Shown here: positions 20,604 to 30,910 of the stretch, piece by piece
Numbering within the stretch: position 1 is the first letter of the stretch
How the letters are laid out: each line of letters opens with the position of its first letter
Assembly: GCA_903893945.1 (NCBI GenBank)
Contig: CAITOF010000042.1
Span: 80,425 to 144,424 of the forward strand
Source of the DNA: an uncultured Oxalobacteraceae bacterium
Lineage (GTDB): Bacteria; Pseudomonadota; Gammaproteobacteria; Burkholderiales; Burkholderiaceae_D
Reading direction: 5' to 3'
Length of the DNA: 64,000 nt
The notes under the pieces: generated by a model
Told to the model about the DNA's origin: nothing
Database searches by the model: none
The model's input: only the letters and a program-made list of their open reading frames with translations
Position numbers and translations under genes: made by a program

Positions 20604-23438
20604 CTACATTAAATAACGGAAAGCCAGTTGGACGAACCGGCCCACGGCGCCGGCCTGATCCAGTGACGAATCATAATTCTGGCCGCCATAGGTTGCGGTA
20701 TCAAGCGGCGCCAGGCGATTGGTCAGATTGGTGATCGTACCCGTCAACAGCAGATTTTTACTCCACTGATACTGCCCAACCATATTCAAGGTCGAAAAGC
20801 TGCCGACATAACAGTTGCGATTGGTCGCCAAAAGCTGTATGCAGCCAGAACCGATAGCCGGATCAACACCTTTCATCGGCCCGCGATAATTATAAGTCAG
20901 GCCCAGTGTCACCTGGTCCCGTTCCCACTCGAGGCTGGCGGTACCCCGGGTCGCCGGCGTTCCCGTAGCACCGCTGAGCGAGGTCGGTCCAACGGTACCG
21001 GCGAAATGGTAGGTATTGTCACCAAAGGTCTGGTTCGATTCAAGAATGTGGGTTGCCTGCAGTTGTGCCGTCAGTCTGCCGTATTGCGCCAGTAGAAATC
21101 GGTCCCTGACATCCAGATCTATACCCGAGTTGACTGAATCTGAGGCATTCACAAACGGTGTCAGATATTCGATGATCTGACCAGGATAGTCAGTGCCTGG
21201 CGTTGGCGCGGAACGCACGGCATTGGTCAGGGAATAGGGAGCAGCAACGATTTCGTCGGCGCGCAGAATATGGAAATAATCCATCGCCACACTGAAGCGC
21301 TTGAGGGGTTCAGCGATAACCCCGATCGTATAACTTTTTGAGCGTTCCGGTTTCAGATCCGGATTGCCGCGATTTAATACGGCCACCGAGCTACCCGGGC
21401 CGCCACAATCAGCAATGGAACCTGTATAGGGACAGCGGGTCGGGTCGACAGGCGCAGGAGCCACGCTGGACGCCGTACCGGAATTACCGCTTTCGGCAAT
21501 CCCCGGCGCACGAAATCCGGCTGCATACGTGCCGCGCACGGCAAACTCCGGAACCGGTGTCCATTTTGCGCCGAATTTCGGTGTAAACGAAAACCCGGTC
21601 AGATTGTAATGATCCACACGGCCCGCCGCATCGACTTCAAATGTCCTGGCCAGCGGTGCTGACAGTTCGGCAAAGGCGGCATACACAGTTTCTGAGCCAC
21701 TGGCATAAAAACTGCCGTCCATGATGTTGTCACCTTCAGGTCCGTTCGGCTGCCCGGGATTGTCATTCCTTGTTTCACGTGCTTCCACCCCTGTGGCGAC
21801 TGCCAGGTAGCCGCCATCCAGTTTCAGCAGGTCTTTCGACGCATTCGCAGACACAAAAGTCACGCTGCTGGTGGCGGTGTCACTGGTTTCCGGCGCCAGG
21901 CTGTCTAACAGCGCTGGTGAATTCAGGTAGGCATTCTGACCAACCCGCAAGGTATTATTGGCCAGCGCCATGTACAGCTGACTGGCGCGCACATAATTCT
22001 GGTAAGTGATATGCGTTGTATCCGCTATATAGCCGGCACTGGCCTGGACATCCCAGCCCGCCATATCGCCGTTCAGATCTTCCACGAGGCGAACCACATC
22101 GGTTCTGTAAATATTATGCTGGGGCGCAATATCCGTTAGCGCACCATAGAACGCAGCCGGCAGTCCTATGTAACGTGAGAAAGCGGGCCCATAAAAAGCA
22201 CGCGCCGCGCTGAAATAGGGACTGTTCGGATTAAAGGGGTTGTCCGGATTATTGGCCGGCAGGATCACCTGCGTCGTTGCCGGATCAAACTGGTTGACTG
22301 TACCCGCTTGCGATCCGGCCCAGGCGAACGGGATGAGCGTAATACCGGCGTTATACGCATTCGGCTGCCGGTATTGCTCGGCACCTGAATAAAAAAAATG
22401 GGCGCTGGTGGTGCTTTCCCATCCACCTGACAGAATCTGGGTTCCGTGGGCCGACAGGTTCAGCCCCTCGGTTCTGGGCTGGATTTTTTTGTAGAGATTG
22501 GTATCCCAGGCACAGCCACCGCCCGGTTCCAGATTCTGCGGCTGACAACCGGGCAACAGGTAGGGCGGCCCTGCCAGTACCCCGTTTGAAACCGGTATGA
22601 CCTGACCCGGTACTGTGTAGGTGGTACCACTGACCGGCAAACTGCCATTGACGATTCCACCGAGCAGGTTCGGCCCTCCCCATGGTGCCAGGTTCAGCGC
22701 CTTCAGATACGAACCCCGGTCTTCCTGTGCAATGGCATTCTGGCGGCGCGCTTCAATATTGAAATAGATATTGTGCAAGTCGGTATCCAGATCACCAAAA
22801 CCGTAGGTCAGTCCGAAGCGGCCTGTCGCTCCGTCTTGCCTGTAAGACTCGCCTGCCGTACCGGTTATTTCCGTGCCGACAAACTGTTTTTTCAGAATGA
22901 CGTTGACCACACCGGCGATCGCATCCGATCCGTAGATTGCCGACGCGCCGTCACGCAGCACTTCGACACGTTCAACGATGCCCAGCGGAAGCGCCGAGAT
23001 ATCGACAAAGGAACGCTGGCCATCATCGGCGAGCGGATACGGTGCCATACGGTGACCATCCACCAGCACCAGGGTCGCATCGACAGTCAACCCGCGCAGC
23101 GAGACGCCACTTGCACCACCGGCCATGGCACCACTGAAATTCTGTGACAATGTGCCGCTGTTGTCCGCCGATACCGAGCGGATCACATCCGCGAGGGTGT
23201 TGAAGCCGCCTTTGGCAATGTCAGCCGCTGAAATGGTCGTGACAGGTGAGGACGTTTCTTCGTCCGTCCTGTGCAGATAGGATCCGGTAATCACCACTGC
23301 CGTTACGGGTGCCTGATCCGGCGGGCCGTCCTGTCCCGTATCCGCCAGTACCACCAGCGGAACCACCAGCAAACCACCCGCCAGCAGAGGCGCGACCCAT
23401 GTTCGCAGCGGACTGACTTCGTTGATCACTGGCGACAT
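20604..23438 (-). CDS. Large TonB-dependent receptor
   Basis: TonB box VVITGS, plug VERVEVLRDGASAIYGSDAIAGVVNVILK, LKPERSK, C-terminal AFRYLM; three Cys pairs in predicted loops. Confidence 0.92.
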   Translation of the reverse strand: MSPVINEVSPLRTWVAPLLAGGLLVVPLVVLADTGQDGPPDQAPVTAVVITGSYLHRTDEETSSPVTTISAADIAKGGFNTLADVIRSVSADNSGTLSQNFSGAMAGGASGVSLRGLTVDATLVLVDGHRMAPYPLADDGQRSFVDISALPLGIVERVEVLRDGASAIYGSDAIAGVVNVILKKQFVGTEITGTAGESYRQDGATGRFGLTYGFGDLDTDLHNIYFNIEARRQNAIAQEDRGSYLKALNLAPWGGPNLLGGIVNGSLPVSGTTYTVPGQVIPVSNGVLAGPPYLLPGCQPQNLEPGGGCAWDTNLYKKIQPRTEGLNLSAHGTQILSGGWESTTSAHFFYSGAEQYRQPNAYNAGITLIPFAWAGSQAGTVNQFDPATTQVILPANNPDNPFNPNSPYFSAARAFYGPAFSRYIGLPAAFYGALTDIAPQHNIYRTDVVRLVEDLNGDMAGWDVQASAGYIADTTHITYQNYVRASQLYMALANNTLRVGQNAYLNSPALLDSLAPETSDTATSSVTFVSANASKDLLKLDGGYLAVATGVEARETRNDNPGQPNGPEGDNIMDGSFYASGSETVYAAFAELSAPLARTFEVDAAGRVDHYNLTGFSFTPKFGAKWTPVPEFAVRGTYAAGFRAPGIAESGNSGTASSVAPAPVDPTRCPYTGSIADCGGPGSSVAVLNRGNPDLKPERSKSYTIGVIAEPLKRFSVAMDYFHILRADEIVAAPYSLTNAVRSAPTPGTDYPGQIIEYLTPFVNASDSVNSGIDLDVRDRFLLAQYGRLTAQLQATHILESNQTFGDNTYHFAGTVGPTSLSGATGTPATRGTASLEWERDQVTLGLTYNYRGPMKGVDPAIGSGCIQLLATNRNCYVGSFSTLNMVGQYQWSKNLLLTGTITNLTNRLAPLDTATYGGQNYDSSLDQAGAVGRFVQLAFRYLM

Positions 23439-23495
23439 GAACATCCTTTATTCAGACTGCATCGACATGTGCCGAAACAGGCCCGACCCGCTGGC

Positions 23496-24338
23496 TCATT
23501 TATGCAACCGCATGGTGCCAGACTCTTTTGCCCAGTCAGACATGCCGTAACGAGCCATAATGTGTTTAAGTTCACCGCTTTTACGCAATCGACGCATGCC
23601 GGCATCGAAAATCTCCGACAATGTTTTTGCCCGACTGTCGTGGGGTGCAAAAGCAATATAAATCGGCTTGCCATCACCCAGATACATGGCCCGGTCCATT
23701 TTGTCACGATAGGCAGGTACCTGGGACTCGAAAACCAGAACCGCATCATCGTCCATGACCAGATCGATGCGGCCACGGATCAGTTTCTCCAGATTGATCC
23801 GGGTTGCATCATGGCTGAACAGGGTTTGGACATTGGAATTGGGTTGCCGCGAGCGCTCTACCAGGGTCTTCCCGACGTCATCCCAGGGCAGATCGGCATT
23901 GCTTATTCCGATCTGTACAGCGTCGAGTGAACGGGCGCCCGAATATTTCCACTGGAATCTTTTGAGCTTGAACAGGGAAAATCGCTCAATCCCGGCCTCC
24001 AGACGCGGGAAGATGAAATCGTTCGTGGCATCATCACGCACCGCCCCCAGAACACCGTCACTTTCCCGGCCCGCGCGGGTATCCTGTATGGCACGCTGCC
24101 AGGGCAGTATCTGATAGACAATCTTGTACCCCAGCGGTTCAAAGATGGCCCTGGCAATATCAACGGTGTAGCCCTCTATACCAAGACTGGGGTCGCACGT
24201 TATCGGGCATGAAATATTTCCGGACAGTTTGATCAATTCGCTGGCCTCAACGCTGGTGCCGAAAAACAGGCACAGCGACGCGGCCACGCCCATCGGTACT
24301 ATTGCTCGCATCCAGCCCTGGCAAACCATTAATGTCAT
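23496..24338 (-). CDS. Orphan periplasmic solute-binding protein (family 3 type)
   Basis: GYTVDIARAIFEPLGYKI, PWQRAI, LEKLIRGRIDLV, LRKSGELKHIMARYG. Confidence 0.78.
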   Translation of the reverse strand: MTLMVCQGWMRAIVPMGVAASLCLFFGTSVEASELIKLSGNISCPITCDPSLGIEGYTVDIARAIFEPLGYKIVYQILPWQRAIQDTRAGRESDGVLGAVRDDATNDFIFPRLEAGIERFSLFKLKRFQWKYSGARSLDAVQIGISNADLPWDDVGKTLVERSRQPNSNVQTLFSHDATRINLEKLIRGRIDLVMDDDAVLVFESQVPAYRDKMDRAMYLGDGKPIYIAFAPHDSRAKTLSEIFDAGMRRLRKSGELKHIMARYGMSDWAKESGTMRLHK

Positions 24339-24455
24339 TCTCCGCACTCCGTGTCGCCACAGAGATTGATTATAGGATTGGGTAAACCCGATTGCCAATC
24401 CTCAGTCCGTTTTTGCCACTTTGACATGCTGAAAACAACGGATCAGGTGCACTTT

Positions 24456-24532
24456 TGGTCGGAGTACAGGGATTCGAACCCTGGACCTCCTGCTCCCGAA
24501 GCAGGCGCGCTACCGGGCTGCGCTATACTCCG
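24456..24532 (-). tRNA. tRNA-Pro(CGG)
   Basis: Minus strand CGGAGTATAGCGCAGCCCGGTAGCGCGCCTGCTTCGGGAGCAGGAGGTCCAGGGTTCGAATCCCTGTACTCCGACCA: cloverleaf, GTTCGA T-loop, CCA end, anticodon CGG. Confidence 0.97.
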
Positions 24533-24694
24533 AACTATCATGGTCCATTTCAACTTCAACGCGAATTCTAACCAAAATCCGGCTTTAATCCAACCCCGCC
24601 ATTGCCGCCATACCATCCATGCACGATCCAGGCGCCATCCACGCATCACCCGGTCAATCGCCCTTGCGGCCGGGCAGAATCAGGCAATTCAGGG

Positions 24695-26491
24695 TCAGAA
24701 TCCGGGGGGGCGCTCCCCGGCGACATTAAAATGTCGTTCCAGTGCCAGTCCAACCCGGGCAATCGTGCCTTCATCAAATAGCCGCCCGATCAGGGTCACT
24801 CCGTAAGGCACACGTCGCGGCGGTGAGAAGGTCGGCAATGGATGCGCGAGATCGGGAGCCCAGTCGCTGCGTGCTTCCGACACCAGGACCGATCCGGTAC
24901 GCAAGGTCAGGGAGGGATGGCCGGTGTTGTTCGAAATGACCAGCATCTCGTCGCGCAATGACGGCACCAGCAACAGGTCGACTTCCGAATACAGGCGCGC
25001 CATTTCAAGTGCCACCTTGCGGCGCATGCGATCAGCCTGCACCAGATCGACAGCGGACAGAAAACGGGCACTGCGGAAAACATTCGGCCAGGCATCAGGA
25101 ACCTGTGCTTTAAGCTGATCGACCCGATGATCCAGCGTGATCGCTTCAAACGCGGCGGCGGCTTCTGCATACAGGATCACGTTCAGCACGTCGTACGACC
25201 AGTCAGGCAATGTTACCGGGGTTGCAATCAGCCCCAGTTCCTGCAGCGCGGCGAGTGCCGCACGGTCTACGTCAGTTGCGCCCTCATCGTTCATCCATTC
25301 TGGCAGATAGCCGACCTTCAGGCCGCGAACCGGCGCGCTGGCGTCAAAAGCGAGCTTCGCCGCCGTGCTGGCGATGTCACCGGCATCCGGTCCGGCGATA
25401 GCCTGCAGGACCAGCATCGCGTCTTCTACCGTACGGGTTATGGGCCCGAGCTTGTCGAGCGACCAGCACAGGGTCATTGCACCTGTGCGCGGCACGCGTC
25501 CAAATGTCGGGCGCAAACCGGTGACACCACAGCGCATGCTCGGGCTGACTATACTGCCACCAGTTTCGCTGCCCACCGAAAAACCGACCAGACCTGCTGC
25601 TGTGGCGCAGGCTGGCCCGGCGCTCGAGCCGGATGCGCCTTCTTCCGGCAACCACGGGTTCATGGTCTGGCCGCCGAACCAGATGTCGTTCAGGGCCAGC
25701 GCGCCCAGACTCAGTTTTCCGACCAGAACGGCACCGGCTTCGGTCAGGCGCTGCACGACCGCCGAGTCCCTGACCGGCACGCGCTCACGGAAACACTCGG
25801 CACCATAGGTGGTCGCGATCCCGGCCGTATCGAGCAGATCTTTAACGCCGTAAGGGATACCGTGCAGCGGACCACGATACCGGCCCGCAGCAATGTCCCT
25901 GTCGGCCTGGCGCGCCTGCTCGAGCGCATGCTGGTCGGTCACCGTAATCACGCAGCGCAACGCCGGGTTAAAGCGCCGAATCCGCCCAAGATAAATTTCA
26001 GTCAGGCGCACCGAACTCAGCTGGCGCGTCTCCAGCCAGTGCGACAGTCGGGTAACCGGTGCGTAAGCGATGTCGTCATCGCTGGCCGGCAACGGGACAA
26101 GTTCGGGCCGGCTGCGCACAAATCGATCATGCGCCGGCCCAACCCGGGTTCCGGGCAAAACCGGGTTCCACAGCGTGGCCGGCACATCGGTATCGGCCAG
26201 TGCCGTTTTGCGCGGACCGGTGCGGCGCTCCATCATGCCGGCCATCAGCGTGCGCCAGCTGCCGCTGGCCATCTCGCGTTCAGCGGCAGTGAGCTGCACC
26301 TGCGCCAGTTTCTCAGCTTCCGCAAACGTGGCGCCGGACACATCGGGGCCAACCGCCGGTCCATTCCCGAAGACCGGTGGCGCACCCGGAGACGCGCCCG
26401 CCGGCGGGTCCTGTTCCGCTGACCTGGCGACTCCGGCCACAGCCAACAATCCCAGTGGGGCCTGAATCAGAAACTGGCGACGCATAATCAT
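24695..26491 (-). CDS. Amidase-signature family enzyme with Tat signal
   Basis: RRQFL twin-arginine motif; GPLHGIPYGVKDL, GASGSSAG, GSETGGSIVSP (Ser-cisSer-Lys triad). Confidence 0.9.
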   Translation of the reverse strand: MIMRRQFLIQAPLGLLAVAGVARSAEQDPPAGASPGAPPVFGNGPAVGPDVSGATFAEAEKLAQVQLTAAEREMASGSWRTLMAGMMERRTGPRKTALADTDVPATLWNPVLPGTRVGPAHDRFVRSRPELVPLPASDDDIAYAPVTRLSHWLETRQLSSVRLTEIYLGRIRRFNPALRCVITVTDQHALEQARQADRDIAAGRYRGPLHGIPYGVKDLLDTAGIATTYGAECFRERVPVRDSAVVQRLTEAGAVLVGKLSLGALALNDIWFGGQTMNPWLPEEGASGSSAGPACATAAGLVGFSVGSETGGSIVSPSMRCGVTGLRPTFGRVPRTGAMTLCWSLDKLGPITRTVEDAMLVLQAIAGPDAGDIASTAAKLAFDASAPVRGLKVGYLPEWMNDEGATDVDRAALAALQELGLIATPVTLPDWSYDVLNVILYAEAAAAFEAITLDHRVDQLKAQVPDAWPNVFRSARFLSAVDLVQADRMRRKVALEMARLYSEVDLLLVPSLRDEMLVISNNTGHPSLTLRTGSVLVSEARSDWAPDLAHPLPTFSPPRRVPYGVTLIGRLFDEGTIARVGLALERHFNVAGERPPGF

Positions 26492-26571
26492 GGTTGCTTA
26501 CCTCAAGGTGGGTTGACATCAAATAACAAACAATCGGCCGTGATCAAACAGCGAACACGAACCGCCTTCGT

Positions 26572-27834
26572 TCAATCGGCCGAAACACTGGCACTGAATT
26601 CAAACGCCTGCATCTGCAGCCTTCTGACGTCGTCGATGTTCAGTTCAAATTTCTGCAAACTCGCCGCCGGCATGACCTGCTCACTTTCCATCAGCTCCAG
26701 ATCGATGACCATCTGCAGCAGGTCGCCGTAAACACCGTCACGACTGATCAGCGCCGCCTTGATTTCATCGGACACCGAAATCTGTGCCAGCAGGTGAACC
26801 ATGGGTGTGTCAAAAAGGACATTTAGCAGGGACATAATTCCAACGGTAAACGCCGTGTCGGCAACCAGCAGATTATGCGGAAATATTTTCTGGGCCAGTA
26901 GCTCCATCAGTTTGCCGCGCGTTGTCGCCAGATTCAGCAGGGGTGACATCATGCTGTCTGCCTTGTCCGAACCAGCGTACATTAAAATCTGCAGCCATCG
27001 CTGCAACTGCCGCCGACCCAGCACTTCGATGGCCTGTTTCAGCGTGGCTATCCGCACCGCCGTCATGAAGGCGGCCGTATTGACCAGGCGTATCAGATTC
27101 AGGCTCAGGCTGGCATCTTTTTTGATCGCAGCCTCGATGTCGGCCGTGGTGCCATCGGCCACCAGCAGATTCAGCACATTCACGACGGATAGGTGGGTCG
27201 TGTTCAATTTTTTGCCGGTCAAAATCTTGGGTCGGGCAAAAAAATAACCCTGAAACAGGTCAAATCCCAGACCAAGGCAATAAGCGAAGTCATCCAGCGT
27301 TTCCACTTTTTCAACCAGCATTTTTTTCCTGTAGCTTTTCAGTGCATGAAACAGCGTCGCCAGCTGTTCCCGGTCTATGGCCATCATGTCAATCTTGATC
27401 ATGTCAACATAGGGCAGCAATTTGCGCAGATCGTCGGTATCGGCAACCACATCATCGATCACAAACCGGTACCCTTCCGATTGCAGCTGCCTGACCCGTG
27501 CAATCAGGCTGTCAGTGATTTCAACCGTTTCCAGAATTTCCAGATAAATCCGGTCGTGCGGCAGGAACTGGATAAAATCGCTCATGAGCACTTCAGCGTC
27601 CACATTCACGAGTCCGGGTAACGCGCCCAGCACATTCACCAGACCCAGCTTGGACGCGTGCGCAATCACTGTCGCGGTTGCGCCGATATCATTGGTGACA
27701 TTGGCTGAACCGGAAGACGCTCGTCTGAACAGCAGTTCATAAGCGCTCATTTTCTGTTGACGATCCAGTATTGGCTGTCGTGCAATAAAAAAATCCAGTG
27801 CTTCAGCGTGGCTACGCGGATTTTTTTCGCTCAT
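26572..27834 (-). CDS. EAL + HDOD domain protein (YuxH/CdgJ-like c-di-GMP signalling)
   Basis: ARQPI...YELLFR, IDD, IKID, VEKVE, FQGYFF, then helical HDOD region IKKDASLSLNLIRLVN...LGRRQL. Confidence 0.85.
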   Translation of the reverse strand: MSEKNPRSHAEALDFFIARQPILDRQQKMSAYELLFRRASSGSANVTNDIGATATVIAHASKLGLVNVLGALPGLVNVDAEVLMSDFIQFLPHDRIYLEILETVEITDSLIARVRQLQSEGYRFVIDDVVADTDDLRKLLPYVDMIKIDMMAIDREQLATLFHALKSYRKKMLVEKVETLDDFAYCLGLGFDLFQGYFFARPKILTGKKLNTTHLSVVNVLNLLVADGTTADIEAAIKKDASLSLNLIRLVNTAAFMTAVRIATLKQAIEVLGRRQLQRWLQILMYAGSDKADSMMSPLLNLATTRGKLMELLAQKIFPHNLLVADTAFTVGIMSLLNVLFDTPMVHLLAQISVSDEIKAALISRDGVYGDLLQMVIDLELMESEQVMPAASLQKFELNIDDVRRLQMQAFEFSASVSAD

Positions 27835-27875
27835 AGATTGGCATCCTTTTGCAATGAAAATCAACCATCGACATT

Positions 27876-30053
27876 TTACTGAACAGATCGCGGCAGGTTC
27901 AATATCCACATGGTGCCGGCACCGACAACCGTATTTACTTCGATTTTTCCACCCAGTATCTTTGTGACGACATTGTAGACGATATGCATGCCGAGCCCGT
28001 TTCGACCCTTGCCCAGATCCGTTGTGACAAACGGATCGAAGACCCGATCCGCAATATCCTCACGCATACCGCATCCATTGTCTGACACGGTAATCCTGAC
28101 GATATCATTGCCGTCGGCCTTTGCAGTGCAGATGATTATGCCACTCCGGCTGCTGACGAACGCGTGGGTAATGGCATTATTCACCAGACTCATCATAACC
28201 TGAGCCAGTGAATCGGGGAAACTGGTCATGGTGATGTCGTCCGGAATGTCGATCTCGAGCTTCAGATTGTTTTCGGTTAAAACCGGTTCAATTGAATTCT
28301 TGATGTCGGCCCCCAGTGCCGCCAGCTGAAATTCATGACGGTCTTCGGTGACACGATCAACCGAAATCTGCTTAAAGCTCCGTATCAGGTCCGCCGCCTT
28401 GGTCATGTTTTTTTCCATCAGTAACGTACCCTCAAGCGTATATGCGATAAACTCGTTAAGCTCTTTGCGGGATAAGCGCCGCTCTGCCTGCTCCGAGAAC
28501 GCCTTTGTGTTCGCGTACAGGGTTGTTGCCGCCAGCAGTGAGGTGCCGATAGGCGTGTTCATTTCATGGGCTATGCCCGCCACCAGAAAACCCAGCGAGG
28601 CCAGCTTTTCGTTCTGCACCACCTGTTTCTGCGCGTTTCGCAATTGGGTCATGGCCTGTTCAAGATTGCGATTCATGGTTTGCAGCTCCACGGTCCGGCT
28701 CAGCACTTTGCCCTCGAGTTCACTGGCATATTGCAGCGTCTCCTGCAGGTATTTGTCACGATCACGGGCGGTATTGGCAACCCGCTCAAACCAGTGCCGC
28801 CAAACCGGGGGTACCCTGGGAATCGCCCGCGCGGTATCCAGTGCCATCTCATCAACGAACTCCGCCAGCCGCAGCGCAGGCTGGGTATAGGCACGACTCT
28901 GCATCAGGGCCAGCGCCACCAGTGCCACCAGAAAGCTGGCGACAAGAATCAGGTAGGGCCGAAGTCCTGTCAACAACAGATGGTCAATGTCTGATGTCGG
29001 CAGGTGCAGAACCAGGCGCCATTTTGTGTCACGCAGCGGGAAAATCATCCATTCGGGGTCGGTGCTGGCCATGCCTGCATTCTCGCGCAGCAGATTGTGC
29101 AACGGAACGTCGGGCATAATGTCAGACAGGGTCAGTTTGCCGGTTGCGCTGTTCAACGCTCCGGCACTGTCGGCCAGTATATCGCCCTGGCTGTCAATAA
29201 TCACGGCACGCCCCAGCGTCAGGGGATAGGCACTCAGCGTGGTCTGGAACAGGTGCAGGGTCACGTCGGCACCCACGACGCCGACCAGCTGGTCATGCAG
29301 GTATACCGGATCCAGCAATGTGATCATCATTCCCTTGCCCGACACATCCAGATACGGAGCTGTCCATATCTGGCGTCGGTCGGGATTATTTTTTTTGCCA
29401 GCAAGTTCCAGCGGGTAGGTGCCATCCGCGGCAAATATCTCCTTGAAGGCGGCGCTCATGGACGTGGTGCCGGTCGATGCCAGCAGATCGGCCCTTGATT
29501 GTGCCGGATAGATCAGCTCCCAGGCCTGATTAGCATCATAGTAATAGCTCCATGCGATGTATTGATGGCGCGCATGCTCGGACGCGACCGCCGGCATCAT
29601 CGACACCGCCGCTGCCAGATCACGCCGGAACAACTCGGTGGATTCGGACACGGAAGGATTGATATTTAACGATCCTACGATGGATTTCAGGTTATCGGGC
29701 AGATTTTCCCATGGCGCATCGGCCGGTGCATTCAGCGATTGTCGGTTCAGAAATTGCAGGGAACTGACCGTCGCCATCGACGGTTGCTCAAGATGAATTG
29801 ACATCGAGTGGCTCATCACCGACACATGGGACTGGACAACGTCCAGATTCTGGTTGAGCGCGATGTGCAGCTGTTCACCCCGGGTGGCGAGTTCGCTCAT
29901 TGTTTTCGCGCGGAACTGACTCGTGGTCACGAGTGCAAAAATCCCCACAATCGCCAGCAGAAGCAGCAGTCCGGACATAAAACTGTAAAAGTAATGCCGG
30001 CGCATGGTTCGTGCAAGATTGAGTGTCTGATCAACGGCGGTTGCCAAATCCAT
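27876..30053 (-). CDS. Membrane sensor histidine kinase with Cache-like periplasmic domain
   Basis: Two TM segments, WTAPYLD...VGADV, H-box AGIAHEMNTPIG, LVNNAITHAF, DNGCGM, FDPFVTT, GLGM. Confidence 0.9.
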   Translation of the reverse strand: MDLATAVDQTLNLARTMRRHYFYSFMSGLLLLLAIVGIFALVTTSQFRAKTMSELATRGEQLHIALNQNLDVVQSHVSVMSHSMSIHLEQPSMATVSSLQFLNRQSLNAPADAPWENLPDNLKSIVGSLNINPSVSESTELFRRDLAAAVSMMPAVASEHARHQYIAWSYYYDANQAWELIYPAQSRADLLASTGTTSMSAAFKEIFAADGTYPLELAGKKNNPDRRQIWTAPYLDVSGKGMMITLLDPVYLHDQLVGVVGADVTLHLFQTTLSAYPLTLGRAVIIDSQGDILADSAGALNSATGKLTLSDIMPDVPLHNLLRENAGMASTDPEWMIFPLRDTKWRLVLHLPTSDIDHLLLTGLRPYLILVASFLVALVALALMQSRAYTQPALRLAEFVDEMALDTARAIPRVPPVWRHWFERVANTARDRDKYLQETLQYASELEGKVLSRTVELQTMNRNLEQAMTQLRNAQKQVVQNEKLASLGFLVAGIAHEMNTPIGTSLLAATTLYANTKAFSEQAERRLSRKELNEFIAYTLEGTLLMEKNMTKAADLIRSFKQISVDRVTEDRHEFQLAALGADIKNSIEPVLTENNLKLEIDIPDDITMTSFPDSLAQVMMSLVNNAITHAFVSSRSGIIICTAKADGNDIVRITVSDNGCGMREDIADRVFDPFVTTDLGKGRNGLGMHIVYNVVTKILGGKIEVNTVVGAGTMWILNLPRSVQ

Positions 30054-30316
30054 TTCCTCCAGATGCCATGATGGCCAATACAGGTTTTCGTGCCAGTCAC
30101 CAGTTTAGCCGCTTTTTGGGGAGGTGCACTGATGGCGGAAATAAAAAAATCGGCCGGACAAAAGCACCGATTTTTCCCTGCAGGGCGACGATGGTGGCGA
30201 CCTGCGCGGATACGATGCCCGTTATGCTGATCCGCCCGGACGCACCTCGGTCCGGGCGGCGACTTACACGTCTGAAATCTGAATTCGTCGACCCGTTATC
30301 CGAATCAGGTTAATCC

Positions 30317-30895
30317 TCAGTCGTCCAGACCCTTACCGGCAAGAATCTTCGGCAGACATTTCTCGACCCGTGCTGCCCTGGTTCTGGCTTGTTTGGCCGC
30401 CGAAAAGTACAGCAGATAGGCCCTCTGTCGTCCCGGCGTCAGGGCCAGGAACGCCGCATGCAGGTCAGGATGTGTATCCAGCCGGGTTTTGAATTCTTCG
30501 GCAAGCGTGAATTCAGCGGACGACTTGTAGGCCACTTTCAAACCTGACCTTTCGACGTCTATGGCCTCCGAAATATAGGCCTTCAGCAGTTTTTCCAGCG
30601 CAGTGACCTCGCTGGCGCGGGTGAACCGGATCTGTCGCGCCGCCTGCACATTCGCGGTCTGCTGTATCAGAATGCCGTTTGCATCGTTTAATAAGGCACC
30701 TTTGTGAAACAGCAGTGCGCAATAGTGTTTAAACCCGTGTATCAATACCACGTTGGCGTGGTTGTAGGTATAACACGGCACACCCCATTTCAGTTCCTCC
30801 ACCAGTTCATGCCTGAGCAGAATTTTCCTTAACTTTTTATAGACCGGCTGCCATGGGCTGTCCTGGTCAAAAAAGAAATCAACCGCGGGGTTCAC
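30317..30895 (-). CDS. DUF1801 / YdeI-OmpD-associated family protein
   Basis: EELKWGVPCY, HGFKHYCALLFHKGALL, ALTPGRQRAYLLYFSAAKQARTR. Confidence 0.85.
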   Translation of the reverse strand: MNPAVDFFFDQDSPWQPVYKKLRKILLRHELVEELKWGVPCYTYNHANVVLIHGFKHYCALLFHKGALLNDANGILIQQTANVQAARQIRFTRASEVTALEKLLKAYISEAIDVERSGLKVAYKSSAEFTLAEEFKTRLDTHPDLHAAFLALTPGRQRAYLLYFSAAKQARTRAARVEKCLPKILAGKGLDD

Positions 30896-30910
30896 CTGGC
30901 CCTGCCCGTG

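Noticed and set aside
24400-24532. Genomic island integrated at tRNA-Pro(CGG)
   Set aside because: Flanking genes are accessory, but no integrase, att duplication or obvious GC shift was seen.
30145-30175. Inverted repeat AAAAATCGG...CCGATTTTT
   Set aside because: Weak AT-rich stem with a 13-nt loop; a possible terminator but not well supported.
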